From the NCBI GenBank assembly GCA_009103225.1, contig RHPI01002438.1:1186848-1250847 (forward strand): a stretch of DNA of 64,000 nucleotides. The letters run 5' to 3'. The position numbers and the translations under genes are program-made. Source of the stretch: Chlorokybus atmophyticus (Eukaryota; Plantae; Mesostigma and Chlorokybus algae). Below, piece by piece: positions 25,259 through 37,200 of the stretch (position 1 is its first letter; each line of letters starts with the position of its first letter). A model generated the notes under the pieces. It was not told the DNA's origin. It saw only the letters and a list, made by a program, of their open reading frames with translations, and made no database searches.

Positions 25259-28029
25259 CAAACAGTGGTTGCTTTGACAGTCGTTGACGGTCTGCGATTG
25301 TCAATGCCAACATTGTCAGTCTGTGTGACTGCCAAAGTGATATGGACAGTCGAGACTGTGTAGTGGACAGCATAAAGTGGACATCTCTACGGATGTCAAT
25401 GCCAGCACGTACCTGTAAACCAGGCCGTCCCTCATGTAGGCTTTGTAGTCACGCAATGTCCGCCGCGACTTGGTGTGGATGGCAATGTTCTCTTGTGTGC
25501 AGATGCATCCGAACAAGGCGTCGTTCCCTACGTGCTGAATGCTGCCTCGTCCAATCAATTTGCCTTTCTCTTTGATGTGCTGAGAGTGTGCCAAGGTGGG
25601 ATATGCTTCCACAAGAGCCCATATCTCCTCTGCGTGTCTGATTGTAGCCACCTTATACCAGGTGGACCCGTTGAATTCTGTTTTACTGATTGCAGACAGT
25701 GCATTGACGACACTGTGGTGGAGCAGCAGGCCTGACCTCTAATCATTACGCATGACGCAAAAGAGTCGCACAAACCATCTCGTGACAGATCGCTTCATGA
25801 AGCTGATCGTATTACCTGTTGTTGGATGAGGTGTTGACATACAGCTTCACATGGCTTAAAGGCGTAGCACCAGAACACATCATGGTGGCCATGTCGACGG
25901 ATGTTATCAAGCAGGTGGCAAGTTCCCGCAATGTGCTCCAGACCCTTCTTGTTAGTGCCAAAGCAGATCTCACTGTTCACCTTCCAGTACCTGAGCAATG
26001 CATCAGCGAGCTTCAGATGGCCGGAATCCCAACCCATGCGGCGCGAGATGTCATGTCGGAGGCACATGACGAGGTCTCTCCTTTCTTCGCTTAGCAGCTT
26101 GTGAGAACATGAGGCACAGCAAACTGCACAAAGAGCTGGTGCTGCTGCGCCTTCCACCATCCAAGGCGACGGCTGAGGCCATGTGGCCAGCGGTTACCAT
26201 GCCTCAACTCCCTAGACCGTGCGTTTCTCATCACAGTTAGCCGACTGTCAATCTCAGCCTTGCTAACATGCTCGTCGCCACCATCCATCAGAGTGCAGGC
26301 TGTCAAGCTCTTGGCCAGTCCTTCGGCTAGCGTGTGCATGGTATCAAAGACCATGTCCTGGCATGGGTTAAACTTGTACATCCGCCAAAGCCTCCACAAA
26401 GGCGACAGCCCGTTGACGCTATACTTCTTGGCTTTTTCTTTGTTGCGATAGGGATCTTCTGTGCTTTCAACTTCATCATACAGCTGGTATGTGGCCTCTG
26501 CAGTTCTTTTGGCAAATGGATGGCGACTGTGGTAGCGGTTGCTAGCGTAGTGGACATTGCTCCGAGTTTCTTCAACAACATCGTCGCCAGTGCTAGGATT
26601 TTGAGTGACCTTTTTGGTAACAATCGAGTACCGGATATGAGTTGTCAGCAGGCAACAAGCCCTGCAACCGCATAAGCTGCCATTCTTGAATTGCCCCATC
26701 TCGCTTTGAGCGGGATAGTCACCGGCTATGTTCATAACAGAGGAAAACCTTTTCACCTGCAAAACCCGTTGCATCAGGACGCATTGCTTTGTGGGCAGCG
26801 CGTGTGAAGCTATGCGCAGGACACAATCGCGACTGTCAACACGGACTGTCCCGTACATTAGACAGCTGCACTGCAAAGATAGTCGCTTGTGACAGTCGCT
26901 GATGACAGTCTTCTCAACGCTCGATTGACTCATAAAAGGTGGCAACCAATGAAGTGCATAACTGTGACAGTCGTTTTTGATAGCCCTCAATGGACTGTGC
27001 TTACTCTGCTCGATTCATTACAATGGGTATTAAGTTGACAGGCGATGTCGATAGTCACATTCATAACACAGCATTGCGCACGAGGTCTTCTGAACAGATG
27101 TATCAAGCGTACCGGCCGATCGATGAGGGAGCTTGATGTCCACCTGGCTGGAGTTCAAACCGTAGAGCGTAGGGAAGCCCATGGCGTACAAATCCTCCAA
27201 CTCATCCAGCATGGGCTTCATAAACGGGTTTAGACAGTCCTTGTCAGCGTCGAGTAGCTCGTCAACTGGGACAAACATCACGGGCATAATGGAAGAAGCC
27301 TGTGAGATGACGCGCTTGCCTCCGTTGAGTACAACAACGTTGATGACAAGGCTGCTCCGCTTTGTAGTTGATGCGCAGCTAAAACCATCATTGTGCAGCA
27401 TGAGCGCAATGTTGCGCGGGTCTCCAATACACTGCTGCGCAGCCTCTTCATTGTCATAGGAGCATTCGCAATGCCATTTCTGATAACCATCCCTGTGCTG
27501 GGACATGTTAATATCATTATTGTAGCGTCCACAATCGCATTATTGGCAGAGGAATGGTCTTCGTGCAGTCCCCAAAAGAATACAGCTTTCTCCACTTGCT
27601 GCCATGCCAATCTTCCCATTCAGGCACTGGGGGCTGGTTAGCTGACACGTCGAGCCAGGTGTCTTTGTCTCGCCAAGCAGCAAGGGGTTTTATGCAACAG
27701 AAGGTACTTGCAGCCACGGACCGAGCCTTGGACCAATGGGTGTCACAGAAAGTCAATGCACTCCTTGCGCGTGCGCCCGCAGTGGCCTCCGCACGGCTGT
27801 TTCCACAAGCGCTTCACAAGCTTGTGGCGACTGTCATCTGCCTCGTAGCTGTCCTCACTGTCATCAAACCCGGATGGGTAAGCATTTGGAAAGAGATGAC
27901 TGCATCTCGTGCATGCTGTATATCTCTGCGACTCTGGCATTTCGATGGAAGTCAGCAATGCATCGACAGCCGTGATGTCAGCTGGCTGGGAGGGGTTGCG
28001 CTGGCCGAGCAAGGCGTGGCCACCGGTAG

Positions 28030-29012
28030 ATGGGTTTCGGCAAATCAGGTTGGATCCGCAACTTTGTAATGGACGAAACCGGACATTATTTGCGGATTTT
28101 GCAAAGTTTAAGACGGATCCGTATATATGTTGTAGCTGCAGCCGGAATCTAATTGCGACCTGTCACAAACGGCAATTCGCCGGTGACGATCGTAAGTACC
28201 GGATCCCCAACAATATTAAGGATTCGGTGTTTACGCAATCAAGGGTTCAGGCCGTGAGAAAGCCTTGTATAAGTCGCAATTACGGTTGTGACCAATTCGT
28301 TAACAGTGCGTCTTTACTCCCGAACGCAATTGAGGACTCGACGATAACATTATAATGCATTCAGGTTGCATGTTAAAGCTGTACACATCATCATTAAAAT
28401 TGTGACCGGTTCCATCAACGATACGAGACTTCATACTTAACAACTCGGAACGCTAAGATCGATCCTTCCATTGTTACAAACTTTAATAATTTCCGACCAC
28501 GACCACATCATTGCCAAATTGCCGGTTCAACCCCGCGGCCTATTAATGGCTTGCCCCGCGGCCTGCTAGTAGCAGGCCGCGGGGCAAGCAAGTAGAAGGC
28601 TGCGACTTGCATGTATAATCATTGGTAAACCATGGTAGCACATGAGGTAAATATGTAAAGACTTAACCAGAACTCCGCAACCAACCTTGCGCCAGCAGGT
28701 GACGCAGGGCGCATAATGCAAACATTGCCGGTAATCTCGCGCTGTGATTTAACAAAACGGCCAGTCGAACAAAGTCTCCCTCCCTACGTCACCTTTATGG
28801 TGGTACAATTCACCTTCACCTTTATCTTTTAAATACTAGTAGTATATAAATGTAAATACCGCGGTGTATATATGTATATATATATGAATATACAAGAAAA
28901 TATTTATATGTACGACTTATACATGTATATAAATATACATATATATATATGTATCTGTATATATATACACATGTATATAAAAAAATATATATATATATGT
29001 ATATATACATAT
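28030..29012. mobile_element. Unclassified 983-bp insertion with 8-bp TSD and (TA)-rich end
   Basis: ACCGGTAG at 28022-28029 and 29013-29020; removal joins [13 protein letters not shown]...AYNGTT to GGHALLGQRNP in frame. Confidence 0.6.
28549..28589. repeat. Perfect 20-bp inverted repeat with 1-nt spacer
   Basis: GCTTGCCCCGCGGCCTGCTA-G-TAGCAGGCCGCGGGGCAAGC. Confidence 0.95.
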
Positions 29013-31149
29013 ACCGGTAGTGCCGTTGTACGCAGCTGTTGGTGCATGCGTGAGGCACGTGAGACAATTTAAGGCAGCGAGCATCGGATATATCCTTTAC
29101 AAACGCGGTATGGGGTGTTTTGTGCCGTCGTCTAGCTGGTCAGTTGTTAGGTCGTGTGATGTTGCGTGCTAATCCACCACGTACTGCCGCGCAGGCTCAA
29201 ATCTCGACGATGGAGATGCGAAAACTTGTGTGCTGTGGCTCTATTGAATTTTCGCCGCGAACTGCGGCCATAACATATCTAGTTAGATTTCGCATTAAGA
29301 TTAATCTCCTTAACACATGATCTAACCAAAAATTAGTTTATGATGTGGCTATTATGAAGTCCAAGAAAAGAAAGATACCGAATTTAATGCACACCAGCTA
29401 GTTGACGTTAATAGCAGCTCGATATCAGACAATGTTGTTGCTGCAGCCGCAAAGAGTGCAAAAATGGAAATATTGCTTGCATATGGGTCCCTAATTAAGT
29501 TATAACTTGATCTTCAATCATATTGTGGGCAAGGCCAAACTGTTGGGGGGCTTTTTCTACCGGTGGGAGGTCATTTCGCAGCTGACTGTGGTCATAAGTA
29601 GGATCCTTGGCAAGCTAAACGATTGAATCCTCAGCGCCGAAAACAATCTTCAGCACCTTATTGATCAATAATTGCTGGGCATAAGAGTCCTCTAAGTCTG
29701 TCAGCAGTGACATGAACTTATCCAGCATCTTTTGCGTAGGTGTCTCTGAGGTTTGTTGTTGGCAAGAAATGCGTGGTTGAGGGGTATCGCATTGTGCTGA
29801 AGGCATTCGCGGTGGGTGCATACTTTCTTGCGCCGCCGTGTCCAGTCGCATGTGGGCCATGGCAGTCTCCAAGTCAATCAACTGCCAAAGGAAACGGGCA
29901 GTCAGCAGCTGAAGTATGGTTCACAACGTTGTGCGCATAGCAGTGGGCGAATATGACAGTCGCATGGACAGCCTCAGTGCATGTCCAACAACCGTGCGCG
30001 CTATGAGTGAGCATGAGCAACATGATTAGTGCTCACCTTGTCATGGCACCTGAGGCAAGAGCAAATCCTCTGGGAGACTTCTTGCTGCTTGGGTTCTTCG
30101 ACAGCCTCTTCGTCACTAATCAGCGAATGCAAGTTGTCAGTTAGCATGTCAACAGTCTCTTGCAGGTCTCATTGTTGCCATGGTTGCTGAGAGGGGGCAG
30201 CACTGCTGGTGCCAGCCATGTTGACAATCGGCTGTGAATCAGATTGTCAATTGAATTGCAGTGGAGCTGTTGTGGCCACGCTGGTGCTGGTAACATTGAC
30301 AGCCGGCTGTTGCCTTGGGTGAAGTGTGGCTGCCACTCCACTGGTAGTGATGCCGGCCACATGGACAGTCGGCTATTGATTTGCGGGAGGCCTTCAGAAA
30401 TCCAGCAGCTAGACCATATGCGCTGGCACCATTAACTGACAGCAATACACAGCAAGGCAGCTACTGCACGTGCAGTTCGTCGACAGTTTCTTAGCATGTG
30501 AAGGACATATTACTCGTGAAGGCTGTCACAGCAACGATAGCAGGTGGCATGCACAGAAGACCGCATGACCATTGTAGAGAAACAAGTAAGGTCAGCAACT
30601 TAACTTACTGCTCATGCTGCTGGTTGATCTCGCCATCCAGCTTGTCGTGCTTGGCCTCGACTTCATGGGCAGGCTGTGGGTTGTCAACATCGTGCTGCAC
30701 ATTAGCCGCCTGCTCCGGCATGGGTAGGGAACTCTATTGGCTGCGACGGCGGTGCCTACAACTGGTGTTCCTCTTATCGGCTGGTTGCAAGTTGATTCCC
30801 AGCTTGGTACTAATGTCCCTGGCAAACTTGACAGCTTTTTTGCTTGCCATTAATATTGCGCTAGCATTCCGCCACCAAGTACACCTCCAAGAGGCCGCCG
30901 CCGCCGCCACCAACAAGAGCGCCACCGCCTGCTCCCTCCGCCGGCGCCACCTCACTGAGCGGTAAAACCCTACTGCACAGACCACGGTACTCTGAGCCCA
31001 TGCTTGTGAGTTGACAGTCGCACCATGCAAGGTGCTTGACTCTATGGAGTAACTGCACACCGTTCGATAAGCTTGGATCGACGGTTACTATAGGCTGCCA
31101 TGAAGACTTACTCTTGACAGTTACATCATGCACGGTGCGACTGTCATAG

Positions 31150-31938
31150 CTGAGCGTGCATCAGCAATGGTTCCAATCACTGTTTTGCAGACCAACCTAT
31201 AACCACGCATGGTCCGTACTCTCCCAAACCTTCGGACCAGGAAGAGCTTGGTTAAGTCAAGCACCAAGTAGGGTCTGCAATCATACAATACAATGTGGAC
31301 CAATAGCTGCTTGCTTAGATAAGGACCATGAATCGTCCGTACTCTCCCAGACCTTCGGACCAGGAAGAGCTTGGTTAAGTCAAGGACCATATAGGGTCCG
31401 CAAGTATACGACAATTTCGACCAATAGCTGCTTGGTTAAATTAAGGACCATGAATGGTCCACAATTTGTTAGCATTTGGACCAGTAAGAGCTTGTTAAGG
31501 CGGCAGACCATGTATGGTGCGTGCTGCTTGTCAAAATAACCGATAAGCTGAGCGTGCACCAGCAACGGTCCGCCCAATTAGTGTGGTTTGGACCAGTCCC
31601 ATCGACTTCATTCACCGCAACACATATGATCCGGCATTGTTGTGGTCCAGACCACGCATGGTCCGTACACCCATTAACAGTCGCACTGGCAATATGCCTG
31701 GTCCGGCTGCAGACCGTGTATGGTCCAGTCTTTCGCGGCCAGTAGGACCGGTAATATGTCTGATCCAGCCACGCACCACATCTGGTGCGTGACTGCGCAC
31801 CAGGATTTGGGACCCCGAACGGACCATGCATGGTCCTTCCCCCGCGGACCAGGCAGTCCTGGCCCGCGGGATATGGACCATGCATGGTCTTGGGGGTCCG
31901 TGAAAGGACCATACCTGGTCCTTGAACGTCAATCCGTG
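31150..31938. repeat. Right subterminal repeats and TIR of CACTA-1
   Basis: GGACCATGCATGGTCC at 31821 and variants; local tandem duplication around 31210-31390. Confidence 0.85.
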
Positions 31939-32978
31939 ATCTTGTAGTTGGTGTCCTTCAGTAGCTTGACCATATGGGTGTAAGTGCGCAGAGGATCCTC
32001 CCCTGCCTTGCGCCTGAAGTGACGCAACTCCTCCACCTTCTGACTAGTCTGTGGTGGGAATGTGCGCCGAAGTGCAAGATACAAGTCCTGCAAAGGTGAC
32101 AACGTGCGGTCCACCCTGACGGTGAGAGCGGATTTCCGCATGTTGACCGAGCCTGAAGACAGTGTGCTGCCTGAAGCGGAGTCTCGGATTCCCTGAGTCC
32201 CTGTCCAGATTGGAGTATCAGGTATGGTGGCGCGCTGTCGTGCTTGTGCTTCCTTAAGCGCAGTTTGCTGTTCTGCCATTAGCCTGAACGCCAAGAATTG
32301 CACCTGGGACCGGCATGCTTGTTGCGCTGCTGGCAGCTCGCGGTCGACCAAGGCAGGATCAACATCTGGTATATCTACTTCAGCTGTCAACTGTGCTGCG
32401 GCCAAAGCTTGCGTAAGAGTAGGGCCTTGCAGTGGGCCAGCTGGAACAATGGGCGTGGCAGGGAAGCCAGGAGTTGACGCTTCCATGGGCAAGGCTCCGG
32501 TGCCGGCCAGAACTCCGTACCCTCCAATCTCATGTGCAGCAACTGACCTATACACCTCATGTGCCTCGTGGTCTAAGCAAGTTGCAGCCATGCGAAAAGA
32601 CATTACATCTGACCAGTTGGGAGTCTTGATCGCATGGTAGCTCATCCACGAGTCGAACTTGATGATCCATTCGTCCAGTGGTATTGTGCCAGGACGTCCA
32701 GAGAAGGTGAGACCATGAGTGGAGCCGGATGCCTCCATGTCGTCGCTGTTGAGCTGATCGATGAAGCTTTCAACTTGATGACGAGACTGAGTATGTCTTA
32801 AACGGGATACTGGTGAAAATCGGGGGCTGTCGATGTTGTCGTCGCCCTCTTCTTCGCCATATCGTCCGTAGGATAGATTCGAGCCCAACCAACTGTCGAA
32901 GTCGTTGGTGGTCTCCTCGGCCACAGGGGAAAGCCCGTACCGATGAGTGGACTCTCTGACTGGTGTAAACTCACTCAT
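31939..32978 (-). pseudogene. gag: M Gag N-terminal/capsid part
   Basis: FSGRPGTIPLDEWIIKF...LRRTFPPQTSQKVEELRHFRR...LLKDTNYKI; homologous to E3 gag. Confidence 0.9.
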
Positions 32979-33405
32979 GCAAGTCGCACGGTGAGCGCAG
33001 GAGAGAGCAAGGCAGAGTGTGTGTGCTCTACTGGTGCTCCCCCAATGCTACCACTCAACATACTAGTGCTTGCAAGTGCACTATGTGCTGGCAATGATAA
33101 CACAACACTGTTGCAACCAACGCCGCTGAAAGACTGCAAGCCACGCTGATGTACGACACTCACTTGTACAAGGGGATGACACTGTAAGTCAACAAGCCGC
33201 TACGAGAGGTAGTGCTGCTTATACAGTTCCTTGAATGAGGTCAGGATAATTCCACTGTTAAGTGAGGTGTATGAGTGCGGCAACTCGTGGATACCACAAT
33301 CTGATGCGGACTACACAACTTGCACCCACACAACCACAATCACATCAAGTGACAAGCAATGCACGTGTGCATACACTGCACTCTCTTACGTGTAGATGTG
33401 TGTTG

Positions 33406-34055
33406 TGTCATGCCATCTACCCTCGCATGCCAGTTCTTCTCAAGCATGCCTACACCCAGCCCCACGCCCGGGCTACCAGCATGAAGACCGCGCGAACCCC
33501 AGCCTACTGCTAGCTACTGTATCACTCATGTAGCATGTAGCTAGGGCTACTTTATAGACCTGTCTGTAGGGACCGCGCGTAGCTGATCGGTTGCAAGTCT
33601 GTTAAGAACACATGTGCTATATTGAGTCTTGGGAGATTTCCGAAATAGCATGAGGCCTCGATGTGACCATTGGCCTAGTGCCCGCGTGGCACTGCACGGT
33701 CATGATTTGACATGTATAAGTAGAAAGTCACGTCACCAGATTGGCTGGTGACACTGTAAGTGAGTACTAAGAGTACTAGGAGTACCAAGAAGTAAAGACT
33801 CTGTTTCTAAAGAGCTTGTGAAGCGACTTGAACTGGAAGCACGCTGCCCCGGTTGCCAAGAATTCCCTTACTGCGTGAGACACGGTGCATGCTCTTGTGC
33901 GCTGTGCCTGTCATTGCTGTGAGCTTGTCGGTGGTGTGTTGTTTCAGTAGTCAGGGTGTTGTATCCACGTGTTGCACACTCATTCACCTCACTTAACAGT
34001 GTATCATTCTATCCGCTCATGCAAAGAACTGTGTCTACAGCACTACCTATCGTAG
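33406..34055 (+). repeat. E3 repeat A1 (650 bp)
   Basis: Near-identical to 45708-46357, with a few substitutions. Confidence 0.95.
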
Positions 34056-34269
34056 TGGCTTGTTGACTTACAGTGTCACCCTCTTTGCACAAGTGAGTGT
34101 GTTGCAATCTGCATCAGATAGTGCAGTCTGCACCCAGGGATACATCGCTGGGCATTCGTTATCATTGTCATCACATAGTGCGCACAAGCACTAGTGTGTT
34201 GGGTGGTAACAGCATCAGGATAGACGGTAGAGCACAAGCACTCTACCCTTTCACCTCTGGACCAGCTGT

Positions 34270-37200
34270 ATGAGCAGGCCCACCCCGTTCTCCCCAATAG
34301 ACGAGGGTGACCTCGGCAGTTGGAGCCCAACCACCAACCTCACCTACGAGCGGACCAGTGACGGAAGCATCGACCGCAGCAGCAGAGGCTCGCGCTCCAT
34401 CTCCAGCTTCACCCCGCTCCACTCTACTCCTCGTCATCCAGCTTCTCCACTATCATCGGACAGCGACGACAACGAGATGGAATCTTCCAGTTCAACCACA
34501 TCCCTGCGCTTCTCCGGACGTGCCGGCACCACCTCGCTGGATGAGTTCATCATCAAGTTCCACTCCAAGATGCGGCAGCAAGCACTGAAGAACAAAGACT
34601 GGTCAGATGAGATCTCTTTCCACATTGCTGCTCAGTATCTTGATCATGAAGCACACGATGTCTGGAAGTCCGTTGCTGAACTGCATCGAGTAGACGGCTA
34701 TGGCGAGCTTGCCAGCACCATAGCATCTGCATCCCTGCACCGTCCAGCAGGTGTCGTTCCACCTGCCACTTCAGTTGCAGTAACAGGCTTGACCATAGCT
34801 GCAGCTCTCAAGCAGGCAGAGGAGGAGGAACCAGAGTTGGTACTTGTCAACTTGACCCCTGCAGAAGTTGAGTCCAAGGAGGCCACACGTCGAGTCCGCA
34901 TCCTTGACCGTTCTGCCATCATCATTGAGGAACAAAGAGCTGTACAGCAAGCGGCAGCAGCAGAGTGGGGTACTCCTCTACCTCCAGCAACACCTGGCTC
35001 TCGTGCAGGAGGCAGCGCTTTCACCCTCGGGTCAGTAGCACTGCGCGCACCAGCCATCACCGTAGGTGCTGCCATCTCTGATTCTCCACTCAAGGACCTG
35101 CACGCTGCCCTGCGCCGTACCTTCCCTCCTCAGACCACCAGCAAGGTTGAGGAACTGAGACGCTTCCGACGCAAGCCCAATGAGGATCCCCTCCGCTTTT
35201 ACTCCAGACTGGAAGGTCTGCTGAAGGACACTGACTACAAGATTGTCAGTGAGGAGGCTGCTGCAGTGATATACGTCAATGAGTTGGATGCTGCTCTGAG
35301 CGAGTCGACACGCCTGACTCTGAACTACAGTAGGCCCCTTGGCTACACCCTCAAAGAAGCCTTCGAGACTGCACAAGCCATCCACAAGCGCTTGGTGTAT
35401 GAGAAGGCAGTGCTGGACACCAACCGCAGCGCCGTACGGCCTGTAGTCAGCACGACAACTGAGCCTCCTGGCCGCGACCGTGGCCGGGACGCTCCACCAG
35501 CACGCGACAAAGGGAAACGGTCAGCTCATGCTGCACTTACTGCCCCGGTGCTGTGTCATCGCTGTGGACGGCATGGGCACTACAAAAAGGAGTGCACCGA
35601 AGAATACTCAACTTTGGTTTGCGACCACTGTCACAAGACTGGTCATTTGGAGTCAGTCTGCTGGCTCAAGTTCCCAGAGTTGAGGCCCGCCAACAGCTAC
35701 AACCACAACTACCCCGGTGGCTACATCAGCAACAGCACTGGAGGCCACCCTGGCAACAACTTCAGTGGCTACAACAGCAACAACACTGGGGGCTGTTGAC
35801 ATACACACGTGCAAGTGACACGCCAACAACATCAACACAGGAGCATGACTGCTACTGCCGCCATAGCATCCGCACACATGCTACATCGTGACCTCTTATC
35901 TTCATTGCAACAAGTCTGGGCTTTATACCCCGCCAGTCTCTACACACGTCTACATTGGCAAGCACCGCGTGCGCTATACTCAGCCGATTGCTGTTCTGTA
36001 AGCTACGCTGTCTAGCTCACAACCAGAGCTTTCCAACAAGCTAAGCCACGCCTGCTAAGCTTACGTATTCACGAAGCTACGCGATTTCTCCCAAGGCTCT
36101 ACCAAGCAGCCTGGTCCGGAGTCCGTCACGACTCGACCGTCTTGCTAAGTCTGGAGCCCACGCGCTTCTTCCTGGTACCTTCGACCCTCGACTCCTGTAT
36201 GAAGGGCAAGCTAACCGGATACAAGCATCACCCATGTAATACCTTCAACACTCCCACGCGGGCAGCTTGTCCTTCAACATCAGCTCCTCCATTACTCACG
36301 CACACCGCTTGCTCTCACGCAAGCCTTCACCTTTTTTCTTACGCCTCCATGCTTCTCATGGATGACCTTGAAGTGATTCACTTCCACAGCAACTCGAGCC
36401 TCATGGTTGACCACCAACCTTGCTCCTTGCTGTACATACATGTTGCCTTCATGCACCCGCTGCATCTGTCCTCGTTGATAGTGCCTCCGCCGCTGGTATC
36501 AGCCCATGACTCCTCTAGTCAACTTGCTTTCCACCACTTGCAGCTCCCACGGGCTCCGCAATCGCAACCTACTTGTGCCTCCTTGTTACTCATGACCTTG
36601 TGGTATCTTGCAACTCCATCCTCAACCACCCTTGTCAATGCAGCAACCTTGCGCACACCATGGCCATCTTCATGTCCACGTCCACATGCTTCTGCGTATA
36701 GCCTCCAAGCTTCACTCCTCTAGGATGCTCCATGTCCAGCTTCCAAGTGATCACGCTTCCAGGATGCTCATCTCGCTTCCTCGCATGCACCTTCAGCCAA
36801 GCACTCCACATGCTTCAACCAAAGTACCAAGCACTTTACCGTGCTTCACCAAGGACTGCCCTCGCTCCCCTTCTCGGAAGGTCCATCAAACACTCCACCG
36901 TGCTCGACCTCAAGGGTTGCCATTTGCTCCCCTTCCTTCCACCAAGCACATCAACGTGCTTACCACGGGTTGCCTCTCGCATTCCTCAAAGCGCTTTACC
37001 ACGCTCCACCAAGTATTCCTCACACTCAGCAACACGAGCTGACATCTTCAGCTCCCACGTATCAAGAACGCCTCCTCTTCCAAGTACTTCACGTACTCTT
37101 CTTCAGTCACCAGGAGATCTCCATCATCTCCTCCTCTTGGTCCATGTACTTCCGCATCTCCTTGTGGGCCAGTAGTAGCTCCATCTTCACACTCCAAGTG

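Larger units (their letters stand above)
24387..29082 (-). pseudogene. CACTA TnpD-like transposase, fragmented and probably intron-containing
   Basis: ALMLHNDGF (27030-27506), DMVFDTMH (26091-26990), HLLDNIRRHGHHDVFWCYAF (25795-26160) in TnpD order; N-terminus interrupted by a 983-bp insertion. Confidence 0.72.
18880..31938 (-). mobile_element. CACTA/EnSpm (CMC superfamily) DNA transposon, about 13 kb, inserted in M gag
   Basis: TIRs CACCGATTGACGTCAAAGGACCA (18882) versus CACGGATTGACGTTCAAGGACCA (minus strand from 31938); target duplication AT or ATC; palindromic subterminal repeats; Transposase_21-like fragments. Confidence 0.85.

Noticed and set aside
23260-25373. Poly-Cys, poly-Ala and SLSL/ERER ORFs
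   Set aside because: They are translations of CAG and GT/GA microsatellites in non-coding frames.
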